From: a virus
Taxonomy: Duplodnaviria; Heunggongvirae; Uroviricota; Caudoviricetes
Strand: one strand, 5' to 3'
Virus record (IMG/VR): IMGVR_UViG_3300031963_000024
Coordinates: 69,753-133,752 of that record
Length of the DNA: 64,000 nt
The translations under genes and the position numbers were made by a program. Positions 30,126 to 39,822 of the stretch are shown one piece after another. The notes beneath the pieces are model-generated. The model did no database searches. It was not told the origin of the DNA and saw nothing but the letters and a program-made list of their open reading frames with translations. Positions within the stretch are counted from its first letter, which is position 1. Every line of letters begins with the position of its first letter.

Positions 30126-31895
30126 TTATCTTCTACCGAATAACCATAAATACTGTTCATAATCCTTTTTTGTTGGATTTGATGAAAAAGCATCGTTATA
30201 TCCTGTTGGTGATAAAACAGGCATTCCCGGATTAAATTGTGTTATTTCTCTATTTGTACTGTCGTCAGCTACGGTCCAAGAGCTTAACATAGCCTTTGTT
30301 TGTTCATTAACCTTTTCAAGTTGATTATATGCGTTTTGTCCAACATATAAAGCCATTGACATTGACATAATTAAATCATCATGTTGCCCTTTCATGTGGT
30401 CAGGTCGTCCGTTTATATAAACATACGTATTCATCTCACCAAGTAATCTAGCAGAATACAATTTAAATCCATGTCTTAACGCTTCCTCAAACGCCGCAAT
30501 AATTTGAACCCTTTTACCATTAAAGTTTATACCCGGTATTTTTTCATTAGACTTAACAGTTGACTCCCAAATATTACCATAATTAATTCCATCAACATAT
30601 AAGTTTTTATAACCCAATTCTTGTAATTTTCTTGATGTTGAAACTCCCATACCACCCGTAATATCAATAACAATAAACGCATCGTAGTAATTTCCCCACT
30701 TATAAGCAATTTCAGCCGCAACATCAGGAGGAAGTTTTCCAACATACTCGGCAACTTGTTCCCTTTCGTCAAAATCGATAACTTGGAATGATGTAAAATC
30801 CTCAGAGTCACCCCTTGATACGTCCATACCCATAATGTATCTGTGACCAACAACTGGTTCTTTCCAAATCCATAATTGATTTTGAACCATCTTTGATTCA
30901 GGTTGACGAACCATTTCAGTTCTAATCTTATCAGTTAATTGTGCATCGAATACGTTATCTCCCGAACCTAAAAAGTTACATTCCAACTCCTGAGAAATTT
31001 TTCTCTTATCAAATTTTAACTTTTTGGCCATAGTTTCAAACCAACCAGAACTTACTTTGTAACCATCATCCATTAATTTTTTGAAATCACCAAAATTTCT
31101 TTGACTTGTTGGTACACCATCAAAACTAATAATCTCAGGGTTGGGGTATTCATCACGATTTAAAAAATAGTGAATTAAATCTTTGACTTTAATAAAGTAT
31201 AAATCTTTAGTATATCTTGGGTCTCTCCACCAATACATTTCAGTAACTTTAAAACTATTCATTCCTTTAATAGCCTGTTCATAGATACTGTAATAGATTG
31301 CATCATATCCGTTTGGTGTTGAAATTACAATAACTTTACCACCTGTTGATAACGATGCCATACAAGCTGCCCAGAAATCGTCATTAGCTTCGATGTACGC
31401 AGCCTCGTCAAATATCAATACGGTAGGGGTATAACCACGAAGTGCATCAGGTGAAGTTGCAACCGCTTTGACTTCACACCCATTTGATAATTTAAAGTGT
31501 CTTTGTGAATTCTTTTCAGATGAAAATGATACCCCCATCCAATTTGGCCACTGTTCCGTAAACCCTCTAATTTTATTAGCAAATTCTACCGCAGTATCTA
31601 ATTTGTTGGCAATTACAAGAATTTTTTCAGGTTTTTGTTTGTTTGCAAAAACTACTTTTTTAGACGCCCAAGCGGCAGTAACTGTTGATACACCGGCTTG
31701 ACGATATTTTAAGGCAATGTTTTCCTCGTAGTTATCATAATCTTCTACTAAGGTTTCTTGGTCAGGAAATAAATCCAACGGAACGTATTTTGACTGTGTG
31801 TTGTCATACGTTTGTAAATAATTTCTTAAAGCGTATGGAGTGTTTTTGACACACTTAGCATATTCTATAAGGGCTTGTTCTTTTGTGATACTCAT
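30126..31895 (-). CDS. Terminase large subunit, T4 gp17-like
   Basis: Walker A-like YRQAGVSTV; Walker B VLIFDEAAYI; C-terminal RNaseH-like nuclease motif MGMDVSRGDSEDFTSFQVIDFD. Confidence 0.8.
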   Translation of the reverse strand: MSITKEQALIEYAKCVKNTPYALRNYLQTYDNTQSKYVPLDLFPDQETLVEDYDNYEENIALKYRQAGVSTVTAAWASKKVVFANKQKPEKILVIANKLDTAVEFANKIRGFTEQWPNWMGVSFSSEKNSQRHFKLSNGCEVKAVATSPDALRGYTPTVLIFDEAAYIEANDDFWAACMASLSTGGKVIVISTPNGYDAIYYSIYEQAIKGMNSFKVTEMYWWRDPRYTKDLYFIKVKDLIHYFLNRDEYPNPEIISFDGVPTSQRNFGDFKKLMDDGYKVSSGWFETMAKKLKFDKRKISQELECNFLGSGDNVFDAQLTDKIRTEMVRQPESKMVQNQLWIWKEPVVGHRYIMGMDVSRGDSEDFTSFQVIDFDEREQVAEYVGKLPPDVAAEIAYKWGNYYDAFIVIDITGGMGVSTSRKLQELGYKNLYVDGINYGNIWESTVKSNEKIPGINFNGKRVQIIAAFEEALRHGFKLYSARLLGEMNTYVYINGRPDHMKGQHDDLIMSMSMALYVGQNAYNQLEKVNEQTKAMLSSWTVADDSTNREITQFNPGMPVLSPTGYNDAFSSNPTKKDYEQYLWLFGRR

Positions 31896-31912
31896 CCCTT
31901 ATAAATACTCCG

Positions 31913-33244
31913 TTACTTGGTTGGCGGAGTATCAATACCTAAATCACTTAAGAAACTCAAGTCAACATCATCGTCATCATCATCGTCAGATGGATAACCC
32001 ATAGTGTCGTCATCGTCATCATCTTCATAGTTTGAACTACCTAAAATTTCTTCTAAATCTTGTTTGTTTAACTCATCGATGATTTGGTCAGCAATACGTT
32101 CCATTTCAGTATACGCAGTTGCATCACCCTTATTAACTCTTTGGGCTAATGATGTGAATTTGTTTTTTGGTAATTTAGAAAACTCTCTGAAAATTAAACT
32201 TTGAACAATCTTCATGTTGTCTTCTAATACTTTTGCAGGATATGTTTCCAACAATTTTTCCCACAAATATGTACCTGTGATAATATCAAATATTTCGTTT
32301 ACTAATGTGTCAGCAGTTTGTTTAACCATTTGAGCTTGAATTGGGTCAGTTGGTAAAGATGCCGCACCTAAAATATCGTAATAACCTTTAATTAATTCAT
32401 GAACCAAAATTGGGAACATAACCGCCTTTGCTCTAACAACAAAATTACCAGTATATTCACCGTCTTCATCTTGTTCCATTTCTACTTCTTCAGAACCACC
32501 CATATTTTGTCCCGCCGCAGCCATTTGTTGTACCATTTCAGGTGGTAATAACCAATACAAGTAATCATTCATTGCCATCAAAGCACCATACTTGTCAGTA
32601 ATACCAGGTTCCATTTCTTCCAATGAATCTCTGATTAATTCAAACATAAAGTGACCCTTTTTAGCGGCACCTTGAATAATTGCGTTCATAAATCTACGTT
32701 TTGCAACCATGTAATCAAAGTTTTCAAACGCATCTACAAATTCTTCTAAATCTTCACCTGAATCTTCAAATGCTAATTCAATATCTTCAGATGAAAACTC
32801 TTCAGGTTCTGCTTGGAAATTTTCATTCCCCGCTTCACCCATTCCAACCAACTTAGGGTCAAATTGTATAAATTCGGCATATTTTGGGTCAACCAATTCA
32901 TTTGATACTAAATCTTTTGCCAATTGTTCAAGTTCTTGTCTTCTTGAACTTTCAAATTGACTAACCTCACCAAACAATCTCATCATCATCATTTGAAGTC
33001 CACCCATATTGTTAGGAACATTCATTCCCAAATATCTTTCAAGTTTTGTCACAACATCTCTAAATCTTTTAGATGCTGCAATTTCTTCAAATGATTGTCT
33101 ATCATCTTCACCCTTTTTAGGAATAAATGGACTATTAGAAAGTGGTGTTTCACCTCTTTCAATTGCCCTTTTTAAATCAGGGTTTATACTAAAACCTGTT
33201 GGCTCATCAATTGGAGCTTCAAATATTTTTCTTTTGTTTTTCAT
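31913..33244 (-). CDS. Hypothetical protein with poly-Asp C-terminus
   Basis: 443-aa ORF. C-terminus is DDDDDDTMGYPSDDDDDDDVDLSF. Confidence 0.4.
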   Translation of the reverse strand: MKNKRKIFEAPIDEPTGFSINPDLKRAIERGETPLSNSPFIPKKGEDDRQSFEEIAASKRFRDVVTKLERYLGMNVPNNMGGLQMMMMRLFGEVSQFESSRRQELEQLAKDLVSNELVDPKYAEFIQFDPKLVGMGEAGNENFQAEPEEFSSEDIELAFEDSGEDLEEFVDAFENFDYMVAKRRFMNAIIQGAAKKGHFMFELIRDSLEEMEPGITDKYGALMAMNDYLYWLLPPEMVQQMAAAGQNMGGSEEVEMEQDEDGEYTGNFVVRAKAVMFPILVHELIKGYYDILGAASLPTDPIQAQMVKQTADTLVNEIFDIITGTYLWEKLLETYPAKVLEDNMKIVQSLIFREFSKLPKNKFTSLAQRVNKGDATAYTEMERIADQIIDELNKQDLEEILGSSNYEDDDDDDTMGYPSDDDDDDDVDLSFLSDLGIDTPPTK

Positions 33245-34188
33245 TATTTTAACTTGTAACCCATTGAGGTGAATGTATTATAGCTCAACCATTTTGGACC
33301 TTTAGCTTTTGGATTTGGTTTTTGTGCCGGTTCAATCTTGAAAGGATTTTTCTTACCAGGTGCTTTACTTGGTGTTTTTGTTGGTGTCTTAACAGGTGCT
33401 TTTGTTGGAGCTGGTGCTCCAACTCCCGCTTCAGTCATCTCAGCTTTTGGATTTGGTTTTTGCGCAGGTTCAATTTTAAAAGGGTTCTTCTTACCAGGTT
33501 GTTTTACTTTTTCACCTGGTTTTACAGTTGGTACCTTTGCAGGTGCCGGTGCCGATTTAGTTGAACCTTCAAACATTTTCATTAATTGACCTTTAGTGAT
33601 ATGTTCAGGTATATGCTTTTCAATTAACTTAGTCAAGCTTTCCTCCAATTCTTGCATATCTTTCTTCTTTTTTTCAGGTAATTTACTGAAATCAGTATCA
33701 TCTGAAAATTCTTTAGCCCATTTACACCATTTTCTTTTGGCTTTCTCAGTTCTTGAGTTTTCACATTTTGCCCAAAATAATCTTTGTTGTGATTTTGATT
33801 GAAACTTTTCGGTTACTTCAGTTTCACCTACCATTTTTCTATCATTATTTTGTGGTGATGTATCATCATCCATACCATCATCGGCAGATTGGCTCTCACC
33901 GTGAGCACCTAATTGTCCTGTATAATCTTGGTCAGCGTCTAATCCAAAATCATCTTCATCAATATTTTTTTCGGCTAAACCTAATTTTTTCATTTTTAAC
34001 TCAACATCGGTTAATTTTCTATTCAATAAATCCAATCCCTGAATGTTTTTTTCTAAGTTAGGATTTGTTGGTTGTTCAACCAATCTTGTATATAATAACC
34101 CAATCTGAGATTCATTCAAACCTCTTAGGGTGTTGTAAGTAAAACCATTACTTATCAATTTTTCTATTTTTTCACCAATGTTAGACAT
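33244..34188 (-). CDS. Hypothetical lysine/proline-rich protein with internal duplicated 19-aa segment
   Basis: PGKKNPFKIEPAQKPNPKA occurs twice. This is encoded by ~60-nt direct repeats about 138 nt apart. Confidence 0.4.
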   Translation of the reverse strand: MSNIGEKIEKLISNGFTYNTLRGLNESQIGLLYTRLVEQPTNPNLEKNIQGLDLLNRKLTDVELKMKKLGLAEKNIDEDDFGLDADQDYTGQLGAHGESQSADDGMDDDTSPQNNDRKMVGETEVTEKFQSKSQQRLFWAKCENSRTEKAKRKWCKWAKEFSDDTDFSKLPEKKKKDMQELEESLTKLIEKHIPEHITKGQLMKMFEGSTKSAPAPAKVPTVKPGEKVKQPGKKNPFKIEPAQKPNPKAEMTEAGVGAPAPTKAPVKTPTKTPSKAPGKKNPFKIEPAQKPNPKAKGPKWLSYNTFTSMGYKLK

Positions 34189-34585
34189 GTGTTAAATTTT
34201 TTTCAAATGTTAATATAATATCCCTCTCGTATAGTTTTGACATAACATCTTGTTCACTATCACCATAATGAAATACCAATCTTGTATCTTCTTCATTATA
34301 GTATTCATTTTCAATGTCTTCCCACGATAATGCAATCACTTTATCAACTGCGTCGTAGAAAGAAAAAAAGTCAGAGTTCTGAATAACGTTAAGTTTTATT
34401 TTATCGTTTTTTAGAACTCCAACTTTTGTTATGTAGTCTATATGAGGGGGTTGTGGATTTCCACCAGCTGGTGATGATTCCCAATCTTCCCCGCTTACGT
34501 CTTCGTTGTCTGAGAATATAAACTCATAAAGGTTGTCGCCTCTAAAGTTTGGTCCTAACTCATTTACGAAAACTAAACGGTTCAT
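34181..34585 (-). CDS. Hypothetical protein
   Basis: 134-aa ORF. Confidence 0.35.
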   Translation of the reverse strand: MNRLVFVNELGPNFRGDNLYEFIFSDNEDVSGEDWESSPAGGNPQPPHIDYITKVGVLKNDKIKLNVIQNSDFFSFYDAVDKVIALSWEDIENEYYNEEDTRLVFHYGDSEQDVMSKLYERDIILTFEKNLTHV

Positions 34586-35811
34586 AGAATTTCACCTTTT
34601 GGAGAAACCTTAATTTGTTTTCCCTCGTTTTCAAATACTAAGTTTTTCAAGTTAGTTTTACCAATAAATTTAGCACCTTCATTTTCCCTTAAAATAAATT
34701 CAGATGTTAATTCTTGTTCAATTGTTTCTGAAAGATTTTTAACTTCTTCCATAACACTAACTTTGTTTATTTTTTTCTTAATATAAGTTTGTACTTTTTT
34801 TGATTCGTTAAGTTCTTTTTCTTCAGGTGTTTCAACAAAATACTTAGATAATATTTTATCAACTTTAGACTCAGTAAACATACCGTCCATAATTGCATTT
34901 ATCTTAGAATTGTAACTATTACCTTCACCTACTTCAGGTTCAGCAGTAATTTCATCACCCATGTCCAAATCAGAAGTATCAGGTTCAGTTGGTTCCATAC
35001 CGATTTCGTCATAACTAGAACCATCTTCACCACCTTCCTCTCCTTCAAATCTTGATAAGATATCCTCCTTATCAGTTTCGTCCAATAAATTCAAATCAAC
35101 AGCTGATAAGATAGAATTAAGAACATACTTAACATCTTCAGAAGTCATTTCTTGTTCAGATGCGTAAGCTCTTAATTTTTGCCCCAATTTACCGGTTAAC
35201 TTTTGAACTTGTTTCAATGTCACAGGACCTTCATCTCCTTCACCACCCATATCATCTGGCATCATATCATCACTTGGTGGTTCTTCCATACCCATATCAT
35301 CCGGCATCATATCATCACTTGGTGGTTCAGGCATTGCCTCATCTCCCATAGGAGCAGGTGCTGGTTCAGGTGATGGTGCTGCCGGCATTTCAGGTGCGGG
35401 TGCAACGGGTGCAGGTGCGGGAACATCAGATTTTGGTGTTTTTAAAACAAACTTTTTTTGTTCACCAAACAATGCAGTACCTTGTTCATTTTCATTCAAT
35501 CTATTTAATTCACCTGCAATTAAATTTAATTTCTTTAATGCTTGTGAATAAGATGAATGATATTTTCTATTTTTCATTGGGTCAATGTAATCCAAAGTAG
35601 ATTCATCAATACCTTTTTTAACGATATATCCGTTTCTTTCTTTTACAATACCGTACACATTGCCATCGGCAAGTACTCTTGTATAATCGGTTGTTTCATT
35701 TACATTGATTTCTTGTTTAGGTGCTTCACCGTATCTTGCAATTTCCATTATTCTTGCAATCTTCTCGGCTCCTTGAAGTTTTTCACTACCTATTGGTTTT
35801 AAATCTGCCAT
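34582..35811 (-). CDS. Hypothetical protein with Pro/Ala linker and acidic tandem repeats
   Basis: Contains PAPAPVAPAPEMPAAPSPEPAPAP and a duplicated EPPSDDMMPDDMG segment. Confidence 0.4.
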   Translation of the reverse strand: MADLKPIGSEKLQGAEKIARIMEIARYGEAPKQEINVNETTDYTRVLADGNVYGIVKERNGYIVKKGIDESTLDYIDPMKNRKYHSSYSQALKKLNLIAGELNRLNENEQGTALFGEQKKFVLKTPKSDVPAPAPVAPAPEMPAAPSPEPAPAPMGDEAMPEPPSDDMMPDDMGMEEPPSDDMMPDDMGGEGDEGPVTLKQVQKLTGKLGQKLRAYASEQEMTSEDVKYVLNSILSAVDLNLLDETDKEDILSRFEGEEGGEDGSSYDEIGMEPTEPDTSDLDMGDEITAEPEVGEGNSYNSKINAIMDGMFTESKVDKILSKYFVETPEEKELNESKKVQTYIKKKINKVSVMEEVKNLSETIEQELTSEFILRENEGAKFIGKTNLKNLVFENEGKQIKVSPKGEIL

Positions 35812-35837
35812 TTTATATGTTGTTTAATTTTTATCTT

Positions 35838-36029
35838 TTATGAGTTTAGTCCATTAAATCCACCCAATGTTATTGCACTACATTGGATTGCGATTGATGT
35901 ATTATCGGTTTCGGTCCATACAGGGTGTGGTGTGTTGAACGTAACAATTTCACCAACGGTATTTCCTGTACCAGGTACGTAACCTACTACGACTGCGGTA
36001 TTATTAGAAGTACATGCTGTTGTCGCCAT
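35838..36029 (-). CDS. Hypothetical small protein
   Basis: 63-aa ORF. Confidence 0.3.
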   Translation of the reverse strand: MATTACTSNNTAVVVGYVPGTGNTVGEIVTFNTPHPVWTETDNTSIAIQCSAITLGGFNGLNS

Positions 36030-36057
36030 AATTTTTCTTTATAAATATGTTATTACA

Positions 36058-36813
36058 TCAAAATAATTCATCATCTTCCAAAGAAAGACGTTTATCCATC
36101 AAATCATTTTCAAAGTCAAAAAGTTTTTGAAGATATCCATTTCTTCTTAAAACTTTAAAAGTTAAATTTTCATACGAGTATTCACCTTCTTTTTCTAACC
36201 CACTTGTTCTGTATTTTTTTATTTTATCTTTAACTTTTTTAATCATTTCTTTAGCGTCATCCAATTCTTCTTCCTCAGCATTATCAATGACAGTGTCTAT
36301 CATATCTTGTAATTGTCCTACCTTTTGAACTAAAATGTCTTTATCAATATTGACATCTTCTTCTTTCTTTGGGACGGTGTCCCACTCATCGTTCATGATG
36401 GAATATACACCCGATGAAAAGTGTGCTTCGTTTGAATCTTGGATATACAATTCAACTTCAAATCCTTTGATTGTGATATTGTGTGATGAGTTAAATAATG
36501 TTTTCTTTAATTTGAACAATTCAGAATACAATTCTTTTTGTTCCCCAAAATCTTCAAAGTTTACAATGATGTGTAAATCAACATCAGAATATTCAGACCA
36601 GTTGTAATTACACAATGAACCTGTCATGATAATGTCTTGAACAAACATATCAACATTAACGAATTTAATAAACTCTTCAGCGATTTCATTAAGTTGGTCT
36701 CTAATTTCCAACTTCATGTGTGACTTAGACGCATCGTCAGGATTTACCCATATTTCAGGATTTAATTCTTCTTGAACACCAAAACTAGAAATAATTTTTT
36801 GCAAGTCTTTCAC
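36058..36813 (-). CDS. Nucleotidyltransferase-fold protein (minimal NTase/Pol-beta superfamily)
   Basis: TGSLCNYNWSEYSDVDLHII matches the G[SG]-x9-13-DxD NTase signature. Confidence 0.45.
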   Translation of the reverse strand: MKDLQKIISSFGVQEELNPEIWVNPDDASKSHMKLEIRDQLNEIAEEFIKFVNVDMFVQDIIMTGSLCNYNWSEYSDVDLHIIVNFEDFGEQKELYSELFKLKKTLFNSSHNITIKGFEVELYIQDSNEAHFSSGVYSIMNDEWDTVPKKEEDVNIDKDILVQKVGQLQDMIDTVIDNAEEEELDDAKEMIKKVKDKIKKYRTSGLEKEGEYSYENLTFKVLRRNGYLQKLFDFENDLMDKRLSLEDDELF

Positions 36814-36833
36814 AATGATAAATACAAAGAACT

Positions 36834-37076
36834 TTACAATTTTTTGTATTTATAATTTTTACTGATTTCAGTGGTGAAAAACTTACCTTGTGATTCTGAT
36901 AATCTGAACTTAGCGTAAACTTTGTGTGGTACATTTTCATATTCATACTTTGTACCGTTTTTAAATGTAACAACCATATTTTCGGTTGACATATCATACT
37001 GTGATTCTGTGATGTTGGATGATTCAATTACATTATAAATCATCATACCTTTAATTTCTTCTCTTAAAATTGCCAT
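36834..37076 (-). CDS. KTSC domain-containing protein
   Basis: 80-aa protein. VVTFKNGTKYEYENVPHKVYAKFRLSESQGKFF fits the KTSC pattern (Y.Y..VP..v...F..A.S.G..F). Confidence 0.45.
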   Translation of the reverse strand: MAILREEIKGMMIYNVIESSNITESQYDMSTENMVVTFKNGTKYEYENVPHKVYAKFRLSESQGKFFTTEISKNYKYKKL

Positions 37077-37087
37077 ACTAATAAATA

Positions 37088-37118
37088 CAAAAAAACCCCT
37101 ACTTTGTGTAGGGGTTTT
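37088..37118. terminator. Bidirectional rho-independent terminator
   Basis: AAAAAAACCCCTAC-TTTGT-GTAGGGGTTTTT. Confidence 0.75.
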
Positions 37119-37121
37119 TCT

Positions 37122-37577
37122 TTAGGACTTCATTTTATTTATTTTGTCTCGTAATTTAATTGCCGATTCAAAGTCTTGTTTACTTATAACCTCGTCCAAT
37201 TCGGTTTGTAGTTTTTTGACTTCATCTTTGTTCTTTTCAAGTTTTTTGATTTTATCTCTAACTTCGGCAGCCTTTTCAAATTCTTGATTTTCAACATAAT
37301 TTTCAATCTCTTTTTTAAGTAGAGAAATTTCATCAGTTTCTTTAGGAGACTTTTTGTTTGGAGTTCCATAAGTCGTTGTAATCACGTACCTAAACATTCC
37401 ATTTGGTGATGTATACGTTTCTGTTTTCCATTCACCATTTTCATTAGAACCTTCTTTAATTTCAGATTCATCATGTGAGATAGATGAAAATTCTTGGTTT
37501 AATGAACCAATCATCTCATCCAATTCACTCATCATTTCTTTTAAACTTTTTCTGTTTCTTCCAAATAATTCAAACAT
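37122..37577 (-). CDS. UVR-motif protein (two UvrB/UvrC-like motifs)
   Basis: Two UVR-like motifs, EFEKAAEVRDKIKKLEKN and DFESAIKLRDKINKMK. The gene is divergent from the ClpC-like gene. Confidence 0.45.
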   Translation of the reverse strand: MFELFGRNRKSLKEMMSELDEMIGSLNQEFSSISHDESEIKEGSNENGEWKTETYTSPNGMFRYVITTTYGTPNKKSPKETDEISLLKKEIENYVENQEFEKAAEVRDKIKKLEKNKDEVKKLQTELDEVISKQDFESAIKLRDKINKMKS

Positions 37578-37602
37578 ATTTTTTTTCTTAATTTTTTTAG
37601 TT

Positions 37603-37610
37603 TATCTTTG
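37603..37610 (+). promoter_or_regulatory. Bacteroidetes sigma-A-type -7 element (TATCTTTG) upstream of clpC-like gene
   Basis: TTTATCTTTGTAA matches the TAnnTTTG consensus. This is one of 8 copies of a conserved TATCTTTGTAT motif at gene 5' ends. Confidence 0.55.
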
Positions 37611-37721
37611 TAAAACCAATTATACAAAAATATGCCAAACAAGTAAACCTGACAATATGTCATATTTGTATGTCATTTTGACATTATTGATAATTTAGAA
37701 TAAAAACTTATACTTTAACAT

Positions 37722-39806
37722 ATGATTGAATCACAAGACCAAAACGAAAAGATGGGTGGAAACCGAAAAGGTAAAACAGATACAATTAACTCCAAAACAC
37801 CTGTTTTGGACAATTTTTCTCGTGACCTTATTAAACTAGCAAAAGAAGGCAAACTTGACCCTGTAATTGGTAGGGAACATGAGATTGAAAGATTGGCACA
37901 GATTATTTCAAGAAGAAAGAAAAACAACCCTATTTTGATTGGTGAACCAGGTTGTGGTAAAACCGCAATTGTTGAAGGTTTAGCTATGAAAATATTTCAA
38001 GGAGACTGTCCTCAAAACTTAATTGATAAAAGAATTGTTAGTTTAGATATGACATCAATTGTTGCCGGTACAAAATATCGTGGACAGTTTGAAGAACGTA
38101 TTAAAGTAATACTTGATGAGTTGAGTGATAACCATGATGTTGTCATATTCATTGATGAAATTCACACAATCATTGGTGCTGGAAATTCATCAGGTTCGTT
38201 GGACGCTTCTAATATCTTTAAGCCAGCACTTGCTCGTGGTGAACTCCAGTGTATTGGTGCGACAACCTTAGATGAATACCGTGAACATATTGAAAAGGAT
38301 GGTGCGTTAGAGCGTCGTTTCCAAAAAGTACATGTTGATGCAACATCTATTGAGGACACAATTATAATTATGAATCGTGCCAAAGAAAACTACGAAAAAC
38401 ATCACAAGGTTCATTTTAGTAATGAAGTTATTAAAACTTGTGTAATGTTGGCGGACCGATACATCACTGACCGTGAGTTTCCTGATAAAGCAATTGATAT
38501 TATGGATGAGGTAGGTGCAAGATGTCAAATCAACGTAACCGTTCCTGAAATTATTGAAAAACTTAAAGAGGAAGCAAACCAAATTAAGGACCGTAAAGTT
38601 GAAGTTGTTAGAAGTCAAAAGTACGAAGAAGCTGCGGAATTACGAGATATGGAACGTAAAGTTTTAGCTCGTCTTCAAGAAGAAAAAGAGAAGTTTGAAA
38701 AAGACCGACTAACAAATAAAAAAGAAGTTACCGAAGAAATGGTTTATGAAGTTGTTTCCCAAATGACCAAAATCCCAATTTCAAAACTTTCACAATCAGA
38801 ATCAGATTCGTTAATTAATTTAGAAGAAAGTTTAACCAAAGCGGTTATTGGACAAGAAGATGCGGTATCTAAAATTTCAAAAGCAATCCGTAGGAATCGT
38901 GTAGGTATTAAAGACCCGAATAAACCAATTGGTTCATTTATTTTCTTGGGTTCAACAGGTATTGGTAAAACACATTTGGCTAAACAATTAGCCAAAGAAA
39001 TCTTTGGAAGTTCAGATGCTTTGATTCGTGTAGATATGTCTGAGTATCAAGAAAAATTTACAATGACAAGATTGGTTGGTTCGCCTCCAGGTTATGTTGG
39101 TCACCAAGAAGGTGGACAATTAACTGAACAAGTTAAAAACAAACCTTATTGTGTAATCTTGTTTGATGAAATTGAAAAGGCACACAAAGACGTTTATTCA
39201 CTTTTGCTACAAGCGATGGATGAGGGACATTTGACTGACGGTCTTGGTAGAAAAATCAACTTTAAAAATACCTTGATTATTATGACATCTAACATTGGTG
39301 CTAGAAAAGTACAAGACTTTGGTACTGGAGTTGGATTTGGAACTCGTTCTAAAAATGAAAAAGAAACTGAAATCAAACAAATGATGATTGAGGATGAACT
39401 TAAAAAGTTTTTTCCACCTGAATTTTTGAATCGTGTTGATGATGTTGTTTTCTTTAATTCATTAAAAGAAAATGAAATTAAACAAATTGTTACTTTGGAA
39501 ATTTCTAAATTAATTTTACGATTACGTTCTATGAACTATAACATTGTTATTGATGAAAGTTTGGTTAGTAGAATTTGTGAAGTTGGGTTTGATGAAAAAT
39601 TTGGGGCTCGTCCAATCAAAAGAGCTATCCAAAATCAAATTGAGGATTTTATCTCAGATGAGATTCTTAAGAAGAATATTGTTAATGATTCAGTATATAT
39701 ATTGGAGTTTGTTGATGACAAAGTTCGTATAAAAGAAAAAACATCAGAAATTACTGATGTTTCAGAAAAACCAAAAAGGGGTAGAACAAAAAAAGGGGTC
39801 AATTAA
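37722..39806 (+). CDS. ClpC/ClpB-like double-ring AAA+ unfoldase lacking Clp_N domain
   Basis: D1 module: [15 protein letters not shown], Walker [20 protein letters not shown]. Middle UVR motif [14 protein letters not shown] (ClpC-type). D2 module: [28 protein letters not shown], sensor [11 protein letters not shown] candidate VGF loop (GTGVGFGTR) is present. Confidence 0.85.
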   Translation: MIESQDQNEKMGGNRKGKTDTINSKTPVLDNFSRDLIKLAKEGKLDPVIGREHEIERLAQIISRRKKNNPILIGEPGCGKTAIVEGLAMKIFQGDCPQNLIDKRIVSLDMTSIVAGTKYRGQFEERIKVILDELSDNHDVVIFIDEIHTIIGAGNSSGSLDASNIFKPALARGELQCIGATTLDEYREHIEKDGALERRFQKVHVDATSIEDTIIIMNRAKENYEKHHKVHFSNEVIKTCVMLADRYITDREFPDKAIDIMDEVGARCQINVTVPEIIEKLKEEANQIKDRKVEVVRSQKYEEAAELRDMERKVLARLQEEKEKFEKDRLTNKKEVTEEMVYEVVSQMTKIPISKLSQSESDSLINLEESLTKAVIGQEDAVSKISKAIRRNRVGIKDPNKPIGSFIFLGSTGIGKTHLAKQLAKEIFGSSDALIRVDMSEYQEKFTMTRLVGSPPGYVGHQEGGQLTEQVKNKPYCVILFDEIEKAHKDVYSLLLQAMDEGHLTDGLGRKINFKNTLIIMTSNIGARKVQDFGTGVGFGTRSKNEKETEIKQMMIEDELKKFFPPEFLNRVDDVVFFNSLKENEIKQIVTLEISKLILRLRSMNYNIVIDESLVSRICEVGFDEKFGARPIKRAIQNQIEDFISDEILKKNIVNDSVYILEFVDDKVRIKEKTSEITDVSEKPKRGRTKKGVN

Positions 39807-39822
39807 GACCCCTTTTTTTTAA
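39788..39822. terminator. Bidirectional rho-independent terminator
   Basis: AAAAAAGGGGTC-AATTAA-GACCCCTTTTTTTT at a convergent junction. Confidence 0.75.
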
